Notes under the pieces: generated by a model
Told to the model about the DNA's origin: nothing
The model's database searches: none
Seen by the model: the letters and a program-made list of their open reading frames with translations, nothing else
Translations under genes and position numbers: made by a program
From: Mobula hypostoma
Taxonomy: Eukaryota
Assembly (NCBI RefSeq): GCF_963921235.1
Contig: NC_086097.1
Span: forward strand, 235,540,001 to 235,604,000
Length of the DNA stretch: 64,000 bases
Reading direction: 5' to 3'
Part shown: piece by piece, positions 11,966 to 23,916 of the stretch
How positions within the stretch are numbered: the stretch's first letter is position 1
Layout: each line of letters begins with the position of its first letter

Positions 11966-13188
11966 TAGTAGAACATAGGACAGTATAGCACAGGAACATG
12001 CCCTTTGGCCCACAAAGTTGTGCCAAACCAATTAAATTAGTAATTAAATGGCAAATTAAGTGTATCTCCTCTGCCTATGCAATGTCCATATCTTTCAATT
12101 TCCTCATATTCAAATACCTATTTAAACATCACTTATAAACTATATGGGTCCTAATGCTCTTCCCTTGGACAACATTGGTGTCGTGGAGAGGGGAGACTTG
12201 CAGCATGGGCAACTGCTGGTCTTCCATACAACCTTGCCCAGGCCTGCACCCTGGAGTGTGAAGACTTTCCAGGCGCAGATCCATGGTCTCGCAAGACTAA
12301 CGATGCCTACATAAAATAAGTCACAAATGTTTCTTGCTTCTGTCACCACCTCCATCAACATTACCCCTTCCCAAAAATGCAAGGATATCAACAGTCAAAC
12401 GAAAGCTCATAGACTATTGGTATAGAATCAAGAACAGCATCGTGTGATGCAAGCAATTGGAGTTATTCTTTTGATCTACTGTTGGAAAATCACCAGGGAG
12501 CTGTTCTTCTCAATATTCAACATGCTGCTCATGTCAGAACAAAGAACACATCTTGTACAACAAAGATAAACAAGCTTTTTTTAATCAAAATACAATTATG
12601 TCACCATAAGCAAACTTGAGATTCATTTCCTTGTGCCCCCAACAGGGCGGACTAGCAATCAATGTGCAAAAAAAAACTAGATGTGCAAATACAAAAAGGA
12701 AAAATAAAAATAATAATAATAATAATAGTTAACAGAATGGGAAATTTACAAAGAAAAATAAGAACTAAAATGAGAAATTTTAGGAAACACTATGTGCACT
12801 TGAATATGCTGAGATTAACACTACCTAGGAGAGTAGGAGGAAGAGGAATAACAAGAGTAAAACATTTACACAACCGTCAGATGAAACGTCTAAGGATATA
12901 TTTTCATCAATGACAACAGGATTAACCATTTCACGTGAGTATATGCAATTCTGATAAGAAGAACACATCACTAAACTTAAATGAAAACACAACCCAGAAA
13001 AATTAGAAATGATCACTACAGAACTAAAAATTAACCAATGGAAAAGCATGATCTAAACAGACTGGATGTGGACAAGGATGCATTGAACACCTGGCTCAGA
13101 GATGGAGACCTCTTCCAAGAAACAGAAGGGTTCCCTGTGACAATACAGGACAAGTGGCTAATAGAAAATATTTTCAAAAGTACATCAT

Positions 13189-16100
13189 TGGGATCATTGG
13201 GACCTCTTTTGACGCAGGCGTGACCTGTACAAAAAGGACGGGTTACACTTGAATACTAGGGGGACCAATATCCTGGCAGGGAGATTAGCGGGGGCTACTG
13301 AGGTGACTTTAAACTAGAATGGTTGGGGGGTGGGAATCAAATTAAAGAGGCTAGGCGCGAGGAGGTTAGTTCACGACAGAGGGATGGGAACCAGTGCAGA
13401 GAGACAGAGGGGTGTAAAGTGAGCATAGAAGCAAAAAGTACAAAGGAGAAAAGTAAAAGTGGCAGGCCGACAAATCCAGGGCAAGCATTAAAAAGGGCCA
13501 CTTTTCAACATAATTGTATAAGGGCTAAGAGAGTTGTAAAAGAGCGCCTGAAGGCTTTATGTGTCAATGCAAGGAGTATTCGTAATAAGGTGGATGAATT
13601 GAAAGTGCAGATTGTTATTAATGATTATGATATAGTTGGGATCACAGAGACATGGCTCCAGGGTGACCAGGGATGGGAGCTCAACGTTCAGGGATATTCA
13701 ATATTCAGGCGGGATAGACATGAAAGAAAAGGAGGTGGGGTGGCGTTGCTGGTTAAAGAAGAGATTAACACAATAGAAAGGAAGGACATAAGCCGGGAAG
13801 ATGTGGAATCGATATGGGTAGAGCTGCATAACACTAAGGGGCAGAAGACGCTGGTGGGAGTTGTGTACAGGCCACCTAACAGTAGTAGTGAGGTCGGAGA
13901 TGGTATTAAACAGGAAATTAGAAATGTGTGCAATAAAGGAACAGCAGTTATAATGGGTGACTTCAATCTACATGTAGACTGGGTGAACCAAATTGGTAAA
14001 GATGCTGAGGAAGAGGATTTCTTGGAATGTATGCGGGATGGTTTTTTGAACCAACATGTCGAGGAACCAACTAGAGAGCAGGCTATTCTGGACTGGGTTT
14101 TGAGCAATGAGGAAGGGTTAATTAACGATCTTGTCGTGAGAGGCCCCTTGGGTAAGACTGACCATAATATGGTGGAATTCTTCATTAATATGGAGAGTGA
14201 CATAGTTAATTCAGAAACAAAGGTTCTGAACTTAAAGAGGGGTAACTTTGAAGGTATGAGACGTGAATTAGCTAAGATAGACTGGCAAATGACACTTAAA
14301 GGATTGACGGTGGATATGCAATGGCAAGCATTTAAAGGTTGCATGGATGAACTACAACAATTGTTCATCCCAGTTTGGCAAAAGAATAAATCAAGGAAGG
14401 TAGTGCACCCGTGGCTGACAAGAAAAATTAGGGATAGTATCAATTCCAAAGAAGAAGCATACAAATTAGCCAGAGAAAGTGGCTCACCTGAGGACTGGGA
14501 GAAATTCAGAGTTCAGCAGAGGAGGACAAAGGGCTTAATTAGGAAGGGGAAAAAAGATTATGAGAGAAAACTGGCGAGGAACATAAAAACGGACTGTAAA
14601 AGCTTTTATAGATATGTAAAAAGGAAAAGACTGGTAAAGACAAATGTAGGTCCCCTGCAGACAGAAACAGGTGAATTGATTATGGGGAGCAAGGACATGG
14701 CAGACCAATTGAATAATTACTTTGGTTCTGTCTTCACTAAGGAGGACATAAATAATCTTCCAGAAATAGTAAGGGACAGAGGGTCCAGTGAGATGGATGA
14801 ACTGAGTGAAATACATGTTAGTAGGGAAGTGGTGTTAGGTAAATTGAAGGGATTGAAGGCAGATAAATCCCTAGGGCCAAATGGTCTGCATCCTAGAGTG
14901 CTTAAGGAAGTAGCCCAAGAAATAGTGGATGCATTAGTGATAATTTTTCAAAACTCGTTAGATTCTGGACTAGTTCCTGAGGATTGGAGGGTGGCTAATG
15001 TAACCCCACTTTTTAAAAAAGGAGGAAGAGAGAAACCGGGGAATTATAGACCAGTTAGCCTAACGTCGGTGGTGGGGAAACTGCTGGAGTCAGTTATCAA
15101 GGATGTGATAACAGCACATTTGGAAAGCGGTGAAATGATCGGACAAAGTCAGCATGGATTTGTGAAAGGAAAATCATGTCTGACGAATCTCATCGAATTT
15201 TTTGAGGATGTAACTAGTAGAGTGGATAGGGGAGAACCAGTGGATGTGGTATATTTGGATTTTCAAAAGGTTTTTGACAAGGTCCCACACAGGAGATTAG
15301 TGTGCAAACTTAAAGCACACGGTATTGGGGGTAAGGTATTGGTGTGGGTGGAGAATTGGTTAGCAGACAGGAAGCAAAGAGTGGGAATAAACGGGACATT
15401 TTGAGAATGGCAGGCGGTGACTAGTGGGGTACCACAAGGCTCAGTGCTGGGACCCCAGTTGTTTACAATATATATTAATGATTTGGATGAGGGAATTAAA
15501 TGCAGCATCTCCAAGTTTGCGGATGACACGAAGCTGGGTGGCAGTGTTAGCAGTGAGGAGGATGCTAAGAGGATGCAGGGTGACTTGGATAGGTTGGGTG
15601 AGTTGTCAAACTCATGGCAGATGCAATTTAATGTGGATAAATGTGAAGTTATCCACTTTGGTGGCAAAAATAGGAAAACAGATTATTATCTGAATGGTGG
15701 CCGATTAGGAAAAGGGGAGGTGCAAGGAGACCTGGGTGTCATTATACACCAGTCATTGAAAGTGGGCATGCAGGTACAGCAGGCGGTGAAAAAGGCAAAC
15801 GGTATGCTGGCATTTTTAGCGAGAGGATTCGAGTACAGGAGCAGGGAGGTACTACTGCAGTTGTACAAGGCCTTGGTGAGACCACACCTGGAGTATTGTG
15901 TGCAGTTTTAGTCCCCTAATCTGAGGAAAGATATCTTTGCCATAGAGGGAGTACAAAGAAGGTTCACCAGATTGATTCCTGGGATGGCAGGACTTTCATA
16001 TGAAGAAAGACTGGATGAACTGGGCTTGTACTCGTTGGAATTTAGAAGATTGAGGGGGGATCTGATTGAAACGTATAAGATCCTAAAGGGATTGGACAGG

Positions 16101-16452
16101 CTAGATGCAGGAAGATTGTTCCCAATGTTGGGGAAGTCCAGAACGAGGGGTCACAGTTTGAGGATAGAGGGGAAACCTTTTAGGACCGAGATTAGGAAAA
16201 CCTTCTTCACACAGAGAGTGGTGAATCTGTGGAATTCTCTGCCACAGCAAACAGTTGAGGCCAGTTCATTGGCTATGTTTAAGAGGGAGTTAGATATGGC
16301 CCTTGTGGCTACAGGGGTCAGGGGGTATGGAGGGAAGCCTGGGGCGGGGTTCTGAGTTGGATGATCAGCCATGATCATAATAAATGGCGGTGCAGGCTTG
16401 AAGGGCTGAATGGTCTACTCCTGCACCTATTTTCTATGTTTCTATGTTTCTG
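13189..16452 (+). mobile_element. CR1 LINE: ORF1 3' end, full ORF2, 3' UTR with (TTTCTATG)n tail
   Basis: ORF1 SGNH-esterase tail HWDLF*RRRDLYKKDGLHLN..GTNILAG; ORF2 APE (NARSIRNK, ITETW, GDFN, DH) and RT (YRPVSL, YLDFQKVFDKVPH, GVPQGSVLGP, FADD); octamer tail at 16429-16452. Confidence 0.97.
13323..16355 (+). pseudogene. CR1 ORF2 (APE endonuclease + reverse transcriptase), single frame with 2 premature stops
   Basis: ORFs 13323..15404, 15417..15911 and 15972..16355 share one frame; stops are TGA 15402-15404 and TAG 15909-15911. Confidence 0.95.
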
Positions 16453-17114
16453 TAAAAAACTAACAATTTCAAGACGATAAATGTAGAAAATAACAAGAGA
16501 AACCAGCAATAATCCAACACATTACAGGATCCTGCAGCAGTTTAACTCAATCTTATTACTTACACAAGCATAACCAATTGCCAAACATCTTTCATCAAAA
16601 TCTTGCTTTAAAATACAAACTCATGAAAGAAACAATACCTTAGTATAAATACAAGCCTGATCCAGTTTAAGAGCCCAACAAATTACATTATGACAGATAG
16701 GACAATCTATAATTACTATCTGGATAGGATATTACAGGATAATCCATCAAGAACAACTTACTTAATTGATATAGCCATGCCAAACACACACAACATAAAG
16801 TAATCAATAAATGAAAAGTGGCAGAAGATTGCTGAACTAAAACAGGAAATTTAAAGTTAATAGAATATGAACAAGGTATACATTGCCCCATTAGTAATAT
16901 CTACAACTGGCATCATCAGTCATTACACAATAACCTTAAACAATTAGGCCTACACAACAATATGTAAGTAAATCTTCAGAATGGCACAATACTAAACACT
17001 ATCAGAATAGTTTGAATGCTCCAAGCAATTGAGAAATGAGTATACTTGGCTACATCCGTACCTCAAGTTTTACCAGCTTGAACTGAGGAAAAAAATAAAA
17101 ATATAATCATAATA

Positions 17115-18290
17115 AATGAATAAATAAACATTAAATATTGAGAACATTGTGTTAAGAGTAATTGAAAGTGAGTCCATAAGTTGTGGGAACAGTTCTGTGA
17201 TGGGGCGAATGATATTATCCCCTTTGGTTCAAGAGTCTGTTGGTTAAGGGTTAATATATGTCCCTGAATCTGGTGGCATGGGTCCTGAGGCTCCTGTACT
17301 TCTTTGTGATGGCAGCAGTGAGAAGAGAGTATGATGTGAACAGTTGGGATCCTTAGTGATCGATGTGCCTTTCCTGTGACAGTGCTCCATGCTCAATGAT
17401 GGAGAGTGCTTTACTCGTGATGGACTGGGCTGTATTCATTACTTAACTGTAGGCTTTTCCATTACAAAGCATTGATGTTTCCATGCCAGGCTGTGATGCA
17501 ACCAGTCAATATACTTTCCACCACACATAAACAGAAGTTTGACAAAGTTTTAGATGACATGATGAATCTTCATTAACTTCTAAGAAAGTAGAGGTGCTGC
17601 TGTTTATCTTTATAGTTGCATTTATTGTATATGCTGGACCAAGAATAGATCCTGTTAAATGATAACACCAAGCAATTTAAAGTTGCAGACCTTCTTCATC
17701 GCTGATCAAACGATAAGAACTGGCTCATGGACCTCTGGTTTCTTCCTCCTGAAATCAATAATCAGCTCCTTCGTTTTGCTGACATTGAATGAGAAGTTGT
17801 TGTTGTTAAATTTTCAATCTTCCTCCTATATGCTGATTCATCACCACATCTGATCTGGCCAATGACAGTGGGGTGACCAACAAATTTAAATATGGCATTG
17901 GAGCTGAGCTTAACCATAAATATAAGTCATGAGTATAAAGCAAGCAAAGAAGGGAGCTAAGCGCCCAGCCTTGTGGTTTACCTGTACTGATGAAGATTAT
18001 GAAGGAGTTGATGTTGCCATTTCAAACTGACTGGGGTCTGTAAATGAGAAAAAAATGGATCCAATTGTACAAAGTGGTATTGAAGCCAAAGTCTTGAAGC
18101 TTATCAATTAATTCTGAGGAGATGCTACTATTGAATGCCAAGCTGGAGGCAGTGAAGAACATCCTGATGTATGCACTGTTGTTGTCCAGATGTTCCAAGG
18201 TTGATTGAAGAGCCAATGAATACCATTTGCTGTTGACCTGTTATGACAATAGGCACATTGGAGTGGCTCCAAGTCACTTCTCAGGCAGGG
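17115..18290 (-). mobile_element. Degenerate Rex1/Babar LINE (RT to C-terminus); its 3' UTR continues at about 12584-12727 (mirror 46975-48150)
   Basis: ALQSTLEHLDNNSAYIRMFF..SS.AFN..I.SELIDKLQD.G.NT.LYNWI..FL..RPQSV, typical of Rex1/Babar RT. Confidence 0.85.
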
Positions 18291-19825
18291 GTGCCTATGT
18301 TCCAAAATGTGTCAGAGACAATCTGGCGCAGTTTCATAACTGCTGCAGATGATGTTGTGTTCAATTTGTAGAGCATCTGTGCTACAAGCCACCATGTGTG
18401 AAAACAGCAGTTGAGGACCATAGTACTGTTAACAGAAAGTTGACTGAAATACAGATCACGGCAGCTGCATTCTTCTCCATGATGGAAAAGATATGTAAGG
18501 CAAGCAGTTTGGTCAAATGAACTCATTCAGTAGACCAGTCTATCTGAAGAGTGATTTGACACCAAATTTGAAAGTCGTAAAAGCCGGGAAAAGATCCAGG
18601 GCATCAGCATTTCAACTTACTCATGGTTTCAAAGTATTATGCAAATAAAAGAAAAAATTTGTTAATTAATATCAGACACATTCTCTGCTCAAGGTTATGC
18701 TCAACCCAGGTGGCTACTGAATCCATTGATATCAAATTTCACAGTTCAGAGTTCAATATAAATTTATTATCAAAGTACATATATATCAACATCTGTCCTG
18801 AGGTTCATTTTCCTGCAGGCATTCACAGCAAAACAAAGAAATGCAATCGAATCATTGAAACACTGCACACAAAGATTGTGAAGCAACCAATGTGCAAAAG
18901 AGGACAGACTATACAAAGGGAAATAATAATAATAATAATAATAGTAAGCCAGACTAAATAGATACATGAAATGCAGCAGACGAAGAAAACAGAATTATCA
19001 GTTCAGAAACAAAGAAAAAAGTTTATATCGGACATTGAAACTAAATTTAACACACTAAGGGGCTTTTAAAAGACTCTTAGATGGGTACATGGAGCTGAGA
19101 AAAATAGAGGACTCTGCGGTAGGGAAATTCTAGGCAGTTTCTATGTCCTATGTTCTATGTAAAATATCATTAACCCCAGTACAAAGTTGCCAACAAACAC
19201 AGAGATAGTGAACTTTTGGTCAAACAGGGTGACACGTAATCCAGAAGCAAGCTAGATTAGGGAGGAAAGAGAACACACATACCCAAAACTGAAGAAACGC
19301 AAATATCTGAAGTCACAATCGATATGCTGAAAGGGCTAATTAAAAATACCCACAACTAGAAACGTGCTGGCATGATACTATTCATAATTATTGGTATAAA
19401 AAATTAACTTGCCTTCATCTGTACCTATTAATGCATGTCAACAATTTTCTTCAAAATCCTGAAAAAGTACTGCGATTTTGACAGAAGGTAAAGCATAACT
19501 TTTACCTCAAGGAGGAATCATAAAAGATCCATTAAAATCTTGTCCTATTACTTGTTTAAAAACTATATATAGAATTGTAACATCATGTATTTCGCAACTA
19601 ATTACTACTCACTTAGATAACCACAATATACTTACAGAAGAGCAGAAAGGATGCTGAAAGGGTATGAAAGGATATAAAGAACAACTGATAATAGATTCCG
19701 TAATTCTAAATCAATCCTAGCAGAAAAGCTTTATTGACTACCAAAAGACATTTGACTCTGTTCCACACTCATGGTTAATAGAAGATCTTAACATATATAA
19801 ACTACACCCAATACTTGTGAAATTC

Positions 19826-20557
19826 ATAGAAACATAGAAACATAGAAAATAGGTGCAGGAGTAGGCCATTCGGCCCTTCGAGCCTGCACCGCCATTTATT
19901 ATGATCATGGCTGATCATCCAACTCAGAACCCCGCCCCAGCCTTCCCTCCATACCCCCTGACCCCTGTAGCCACAAGGGCCATATCTAACTTCCTTTTAA
20001 ACATAGCTAATGAACTGGCCTCAACAGTTTGCTGTGGCAGAGAATTCCACAGATTCACCACTCTCTGTGTGAAGAAGTTTTTCCTAACCTCGGTCCTAAA
20101 AGGCTTCCCCTCTATCCTCAAACTGTGACCCCTCGTTCTGGACCTCCCCAACATCGGGAACAATCTTCCCGCATCTAGCCTGTCCAATCCCTTTAGGATC
20201 TTATACGTTTCAATCAGATCCCCCCTCAATCTTCTAAATTCCAACGAGTACAAGCCCAATTCATCCAGTCTTTCTTCATATGAAAGTCCTGCCATCCCAG
20301 GAATCAATCTGGTGAACCTTCTTTGTACTCCCTCTATGGCAAAGATGTCTTTCCTCAGATTAGGGGACCAAAACTGCACACAATACTCCTGGTGTGGTCT
20401 CACCAAGGCCTTGTACAACTGCAGTAGTACCTCCCTGCTCCTGTACTCGAATCCTCTCGCTATAAATGCCAGCATACCGTTCGCCTTTTTCACCGCCTGC
20501 TGTACCTGCATGCCCACTTTCAATGACTGGTGTATAATGACACCCAGGTCTCGTTGC
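19826..20557 (-). mobile_element. 5'-truncated young CR1 copy (same subfamily as 13189) inside Dong RT
   Basis: ORF 19924- nearly identical to the ORF2 C-terminus; (CATAGAAA)n tail; short candidate TSD AATTC. Confidence 0.92.
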
Positions 20558-21716
20558 AATTCCTGCCACATTTGATGAAGCACTGGCATAAAACAACCAA
20601 AAGAGAACAACAACCATTATCAAAATAAACCAAGGTATTTTCCAAGGCGATAAGAAAAATACGAGCTGAAACGACAAATTTCAGAAAGCATTATGCACTT
20701 TCAGACGTGCTTAGATTAACACTACCAACAACAAAGGGGAAGAGAAATAACAAACAATAAAATCTACACAACAGTCAGATAAAACTTAAAAGGATATACT
20801 TTCATCAATGAAAATAAGAATCAGCACTCCACGCAAGCATATACAATTCTGATAAGTATGCATCACTAAATTTAAATGAGAGTACAACCCAGAAAAATGA
20901 AGAATTATCATTATTGAAGAAAAAGTTAACCAATGTAAGAGCATAACCCTCCATGGAAGGCATCCCTATGATCTGAGCAGGCTAGATGTCAACGAGGAAG
21001 CGGTGAATGCCTGGCTCAGAGTTGGAGACCTTCTCACAGAAACAGAAGAGTTCCTTGTGACAATGCAGGACCAGGTGGTTAACACATAAAATGATCAACA
21101 ATACATCATAAAAGACCATCAAATTCAAATAATAAATGTAGAAAATGCCGAGAAAAAACAGAAACAATTCAACACATTACAGGATCTTATTGCAGTTTAA
21201 CACAATCTGATTACTTTCACAGGTACAAACAAGTGGCAAACATAATTCATTAAAATCTTGCTTTAAAATACAAACTCATAAAAGAAATCGCACCTTACTG
21301 TGAACATAAACCTGATCCAGTTTTTAGAGTCAGAAAACTACAAATTATATTACAGTATAACTGATATTACAGATTGGACAATCCATAATAAATGTCTGGA
21401 TATAATAATACAGAATAAACAAGCAAGAACAACTTATTTAATAGACATAGCCATTCCTAGAACACATAACTCACAGAAATCAATAAGAAGAACACTATGC
21501 TGAATTAAAAGAGGAAATTGAAGAACTTTGGAGTATGAACAAGATGTACATTGTCCTGATATTTACAACTTGTATCATCCCAAAGATACTACAAACAATT
21601 CAGGCTACACAGTAATATCAACAACAGGAATTCTGCAGATGCTGGAAATTCAAGCAACACACATCAAAGTTGCTGGTGAACGCAGCAGGCCAGGCAGCAT
21701 CTGTAGGAAGAGGTGC

Positions 21717-21752
21717 AGTCGACGTTTCAGGCCGAGACCCTTCGTCAGGACT
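21717..21752 (-). ncRNA. Minimal type I hammerhead ribozyme (Penelope pLTR)
   Basis: Minus strand AGTC-CTGACGA-AGG-GTCTCGG-CCT-GAAA-C-GTC-GACT: helix I AGTC/GACT, CUGANGA core, helix II AGG/CCT, GAAA, GUC cleavage triplet. Confidence 0.8.
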
Positions 21753-22140
21753 AACTGAAGGAAGAGCGAGTAAGGGATTTGAAAGTTGGAGGGGGAGGGG
21801 GAGATCCAAAATGATAGGAGAAGACAGGAGGGGCACTTCCGCTAAGGTCCCACCTCCCCCTCGTACCCCATCTGTTACTTATTTTTATGCACACATTCTT
21901 TCTCTCACTCTCCTTTTTCTCCCTCTGTCCCTCTGAATATACCTCTTGCCCATCCTCTGGGTCCCCCCCCGTCTTGTCTTTCTTCCCGGACCTCCTGTCC
22001 CATGATCCTCTCGTATCCCCTTTTGCCTATCACCTGTCCAGCTCTTGGCTCCATCCCTCCCCCTCCTGTCTTCTCCTATCATTTTGGATCTCCCCCTCCC
22101 CCTCCAACTTTCAAATCTCTTACTCACTCTTCCTTCAGTT

Positions 22141-22176
22141 AGTCCTGATGAAGGTTCTCGGCCTGAAACGTCGACT
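22141..22176 (+). ncRNA. Minimal type I hammerhead ribozyme (Penelope pLTR)
   Basis: AGTC-CTGATGA-AGG-TTCTCGG-CCT-GAAA-C-GTC-GACT; core intact. Confidence 0.8.
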
Positions 22177-22823
22177 GCACCTCTTCCTACAGATGCGCCT
22201 GGCCTGCTGCGTTCACCAGCAACTTTGATGTGTGTTACAGTGATATCAATGTAATTCTTCAGAAAGTCACAATAATAAACAACAGTAGAATAGTCTGAAA
22301 GGTCCTAGCAAGTGAGAAATGAATGTGCTTGGCTATGACCATGCCTCAGGTTTTACCAGCTTGAGCTGAGAACACATAGAAATGATAATACATATATACA
22401 TACGTACACAAATAATGCTAAGCACACGTTGTAGAATCCTTAGAAGTGTATCCATAGATTGTGGAATCAGTTCATCTTTGAGACGAATGAGGTTATCCAT
22501 ACTGGTTCAGGAGCCTGGTGAAGAGTGAACATACGTATTCTGAAACTTACTGCTGCTGATTTCCTGATTTCAGTCACTGAAGTTTCTCAGGCAATCTTGC
22601 AAAATGTATTTAAAGCATAACAGTTCCATGAGTTCACTTTGAAAGCATAGACTAAGCCAGGCAACTGTTCCAATGAAGTTTTGCAGTTGTTCTACAATTA
22701 CAGGTATTAATTATGCACTGACCAAAATTCTTTAAAACAGTGTCATTCAGTCGTCACTTCAATAGTTCTCAGGAGAAGGACTGTGGATGAGTTACTTGCT
22801 GAATACCTTGGACTTGTCAATAT

Positions 22824-23686
22824 CAGACATCCCACCTCTCTCGGAGTTCCGGGAGTCTCCCGCATATTGATAGCGGCTCCCTAACACCCGCAAATTATAT
22901 ACAATATCCCAGAAATCGATTTTTTTGAGAACGAGCGAGTGAGAGGGAGAGAGACAGAGAGAGAGAGAGCGAGTGATAGACGTAGAGAGAGAGTGACAGA
23001 CAGCGCATCCTGATTGGTCTCTCTTTGTGCTACGTAGACCTATCAGTTTTCTCTGTGGGCAGGCCTTACAGTCGACCTCTCTCTCTCTTTCATTGTCCAT
23101 CAGGTCAGTTTAGTGTCCTACAGTGCCATGACAGAGTGTTCCAAAAAAGAGAAACTATAAAGCGTACTTCACCCCAGACTACACTAAAGTGTACCCCTGC
23201 CTAATAAGGGTCAAAAATAATGACAGTGTTGCTCGCGGCATTGTTTGCAACAGTGACTTTTCTATTACCCATGGTGGATTAAATGACTGTAAAAGACATG
23301 TTGAGGTGAGTTTAACAGGTGTCATTCATTCATTAGCATAGCTAATATTTTTTAAACTAGCTGGCTAGCTGCTAAGGAGCTACTCTATTGATGTCCTACA
23401 TGATGAGGCCAAACTCCCTGTAGACTTGCTTAAAGTTGTAATAGAATAAAAAAATGACTCCATGATAATATAACATAACTGTGAATCTTGTGAATCTGAT
23501 GTCTTGCAAAATTAATTAACTCATTGACACAGACCGCTATGAGGTTGAGACTTCCAGCAAAATGCTCAAATCTGCCAAGCAAGCCACATCACGGTACAAG
23601 GAAAGTTCGCAAAAGAAATAGAAAAGCTACTTGCATTAGCATTTAGCTATTAGGATTGCGACTTCCAACTGAACACTCAACAAAGA

Positions 23687-23740
<54 letters not shown>

Positions 23741-23916
23741 GTGTGTGTAAATAGTTTCAATATGTGATCAAATAAATTGTTGTGTTCTTTCATAATCAAA
23801 TGTCCTGTATACATACACCCTTGGAGGTCCATGGGGGGGGGGAGATATGGGGTTGCAGGGGGTTGGGGTGGTGGTGCTACCTCCCTGAAATGAGATTTTG
23901 CAGGGTGGGATGTCTG
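22824..23916 (+). mobile_element. Non-autonomous TIR DNA transposon, hAT-like (mirror 41347-42441)
   Basis: 13-bp perfect TIR CAGACATCCCACC / GGTGGGATGTCTG; transposase-like C-terminal remnant LVNLMSCKIN...SKMLKSAKQATSRYKES. Confidence 0.8.
23687..23748. repeat. (AT)n(GT)n microsatellite; the mirror at about 41515-41578 is one unit longer
   Basis: Direct reading; the coordinate sum changes from 65265 to 65263 across it. Confidence 0.9.

Larger units (their letters stand above)
12728..17095 (+). mobile_element. Degenerate R4/Dong-clade RLE retrotransposon 3' part, interrupted by CR1 at 13189-16452 (mirror 48170-52537)
   Basis: RLTLPRRVGGRGI, NTWLRDGDLFQETEGF..IQD, then after the CR1 DDKCRK*QEKPAIIQHITGSC (CCHC) and LIDIAMP (RLE). 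Starts directly after a (TAA)n tract. Confidence 0.8.
21622..22236. mobile_element. Non-coding Penelope fold-back element: two inverted pLTR pieces (mirror 43029-43643)
   Basis: About 21657-21833 is the reverse complement of about 22061-22236; sequence matches the Penelope 3' terminus at 30835-31273; flanked by ACAGTAATATCAA (21609-21621) and ACAGTGATATCAA (22237-22249). Confidence 0.9.
18942..22375 (+). mobile_element. Second degenerate R4/Dong element (RT, CCHC, RLE) carrying CR1 and Penelope insertions (mirror 42890-46323)
   Basis: PITCLKTIYRIVTSCI..HL..HNILTEEQKGC, KEQLIIDSVI, FIDYQKTFDSVPHSWL, IKINQGIFQGD, NAWLRVGDL, KCRKCREKTETIQHITGS, YLIDIAIP. Follows a (TAA)n tract and shares the 3' motif ttttaccagcttga.ctgag with copy 1. 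Confidence 0.85.

Noticed and set aside
12141..12310. RTE-like 5' fragment (minus) with strong hairpins, considered as an HDV-like ribozyme
   Set aside because: I could not build the nested double pseudoknot by eye; only simple stem-loops are evident.
13688..14464. 258-aa antisense ORF and similar antisense or alternate-frame ORFs over CR1 and Penelope (e.g. 29948..30553, 30821..31282)
   Set aside because: Shadow ORFs of retroelement sequence with no independent motifs.
12435..18640. ASCDASNWS (about 12436-12462) and KIQGISISTYSWF (about 18591-18629) resemble negative-strand RNA virus RdRp motifs A and B
   Set aside because: No SDD motif C found downstream, many stops in that frame, and an overlapping frame fits the local paralog motif (LIDYWYRIK); probably coincidence.
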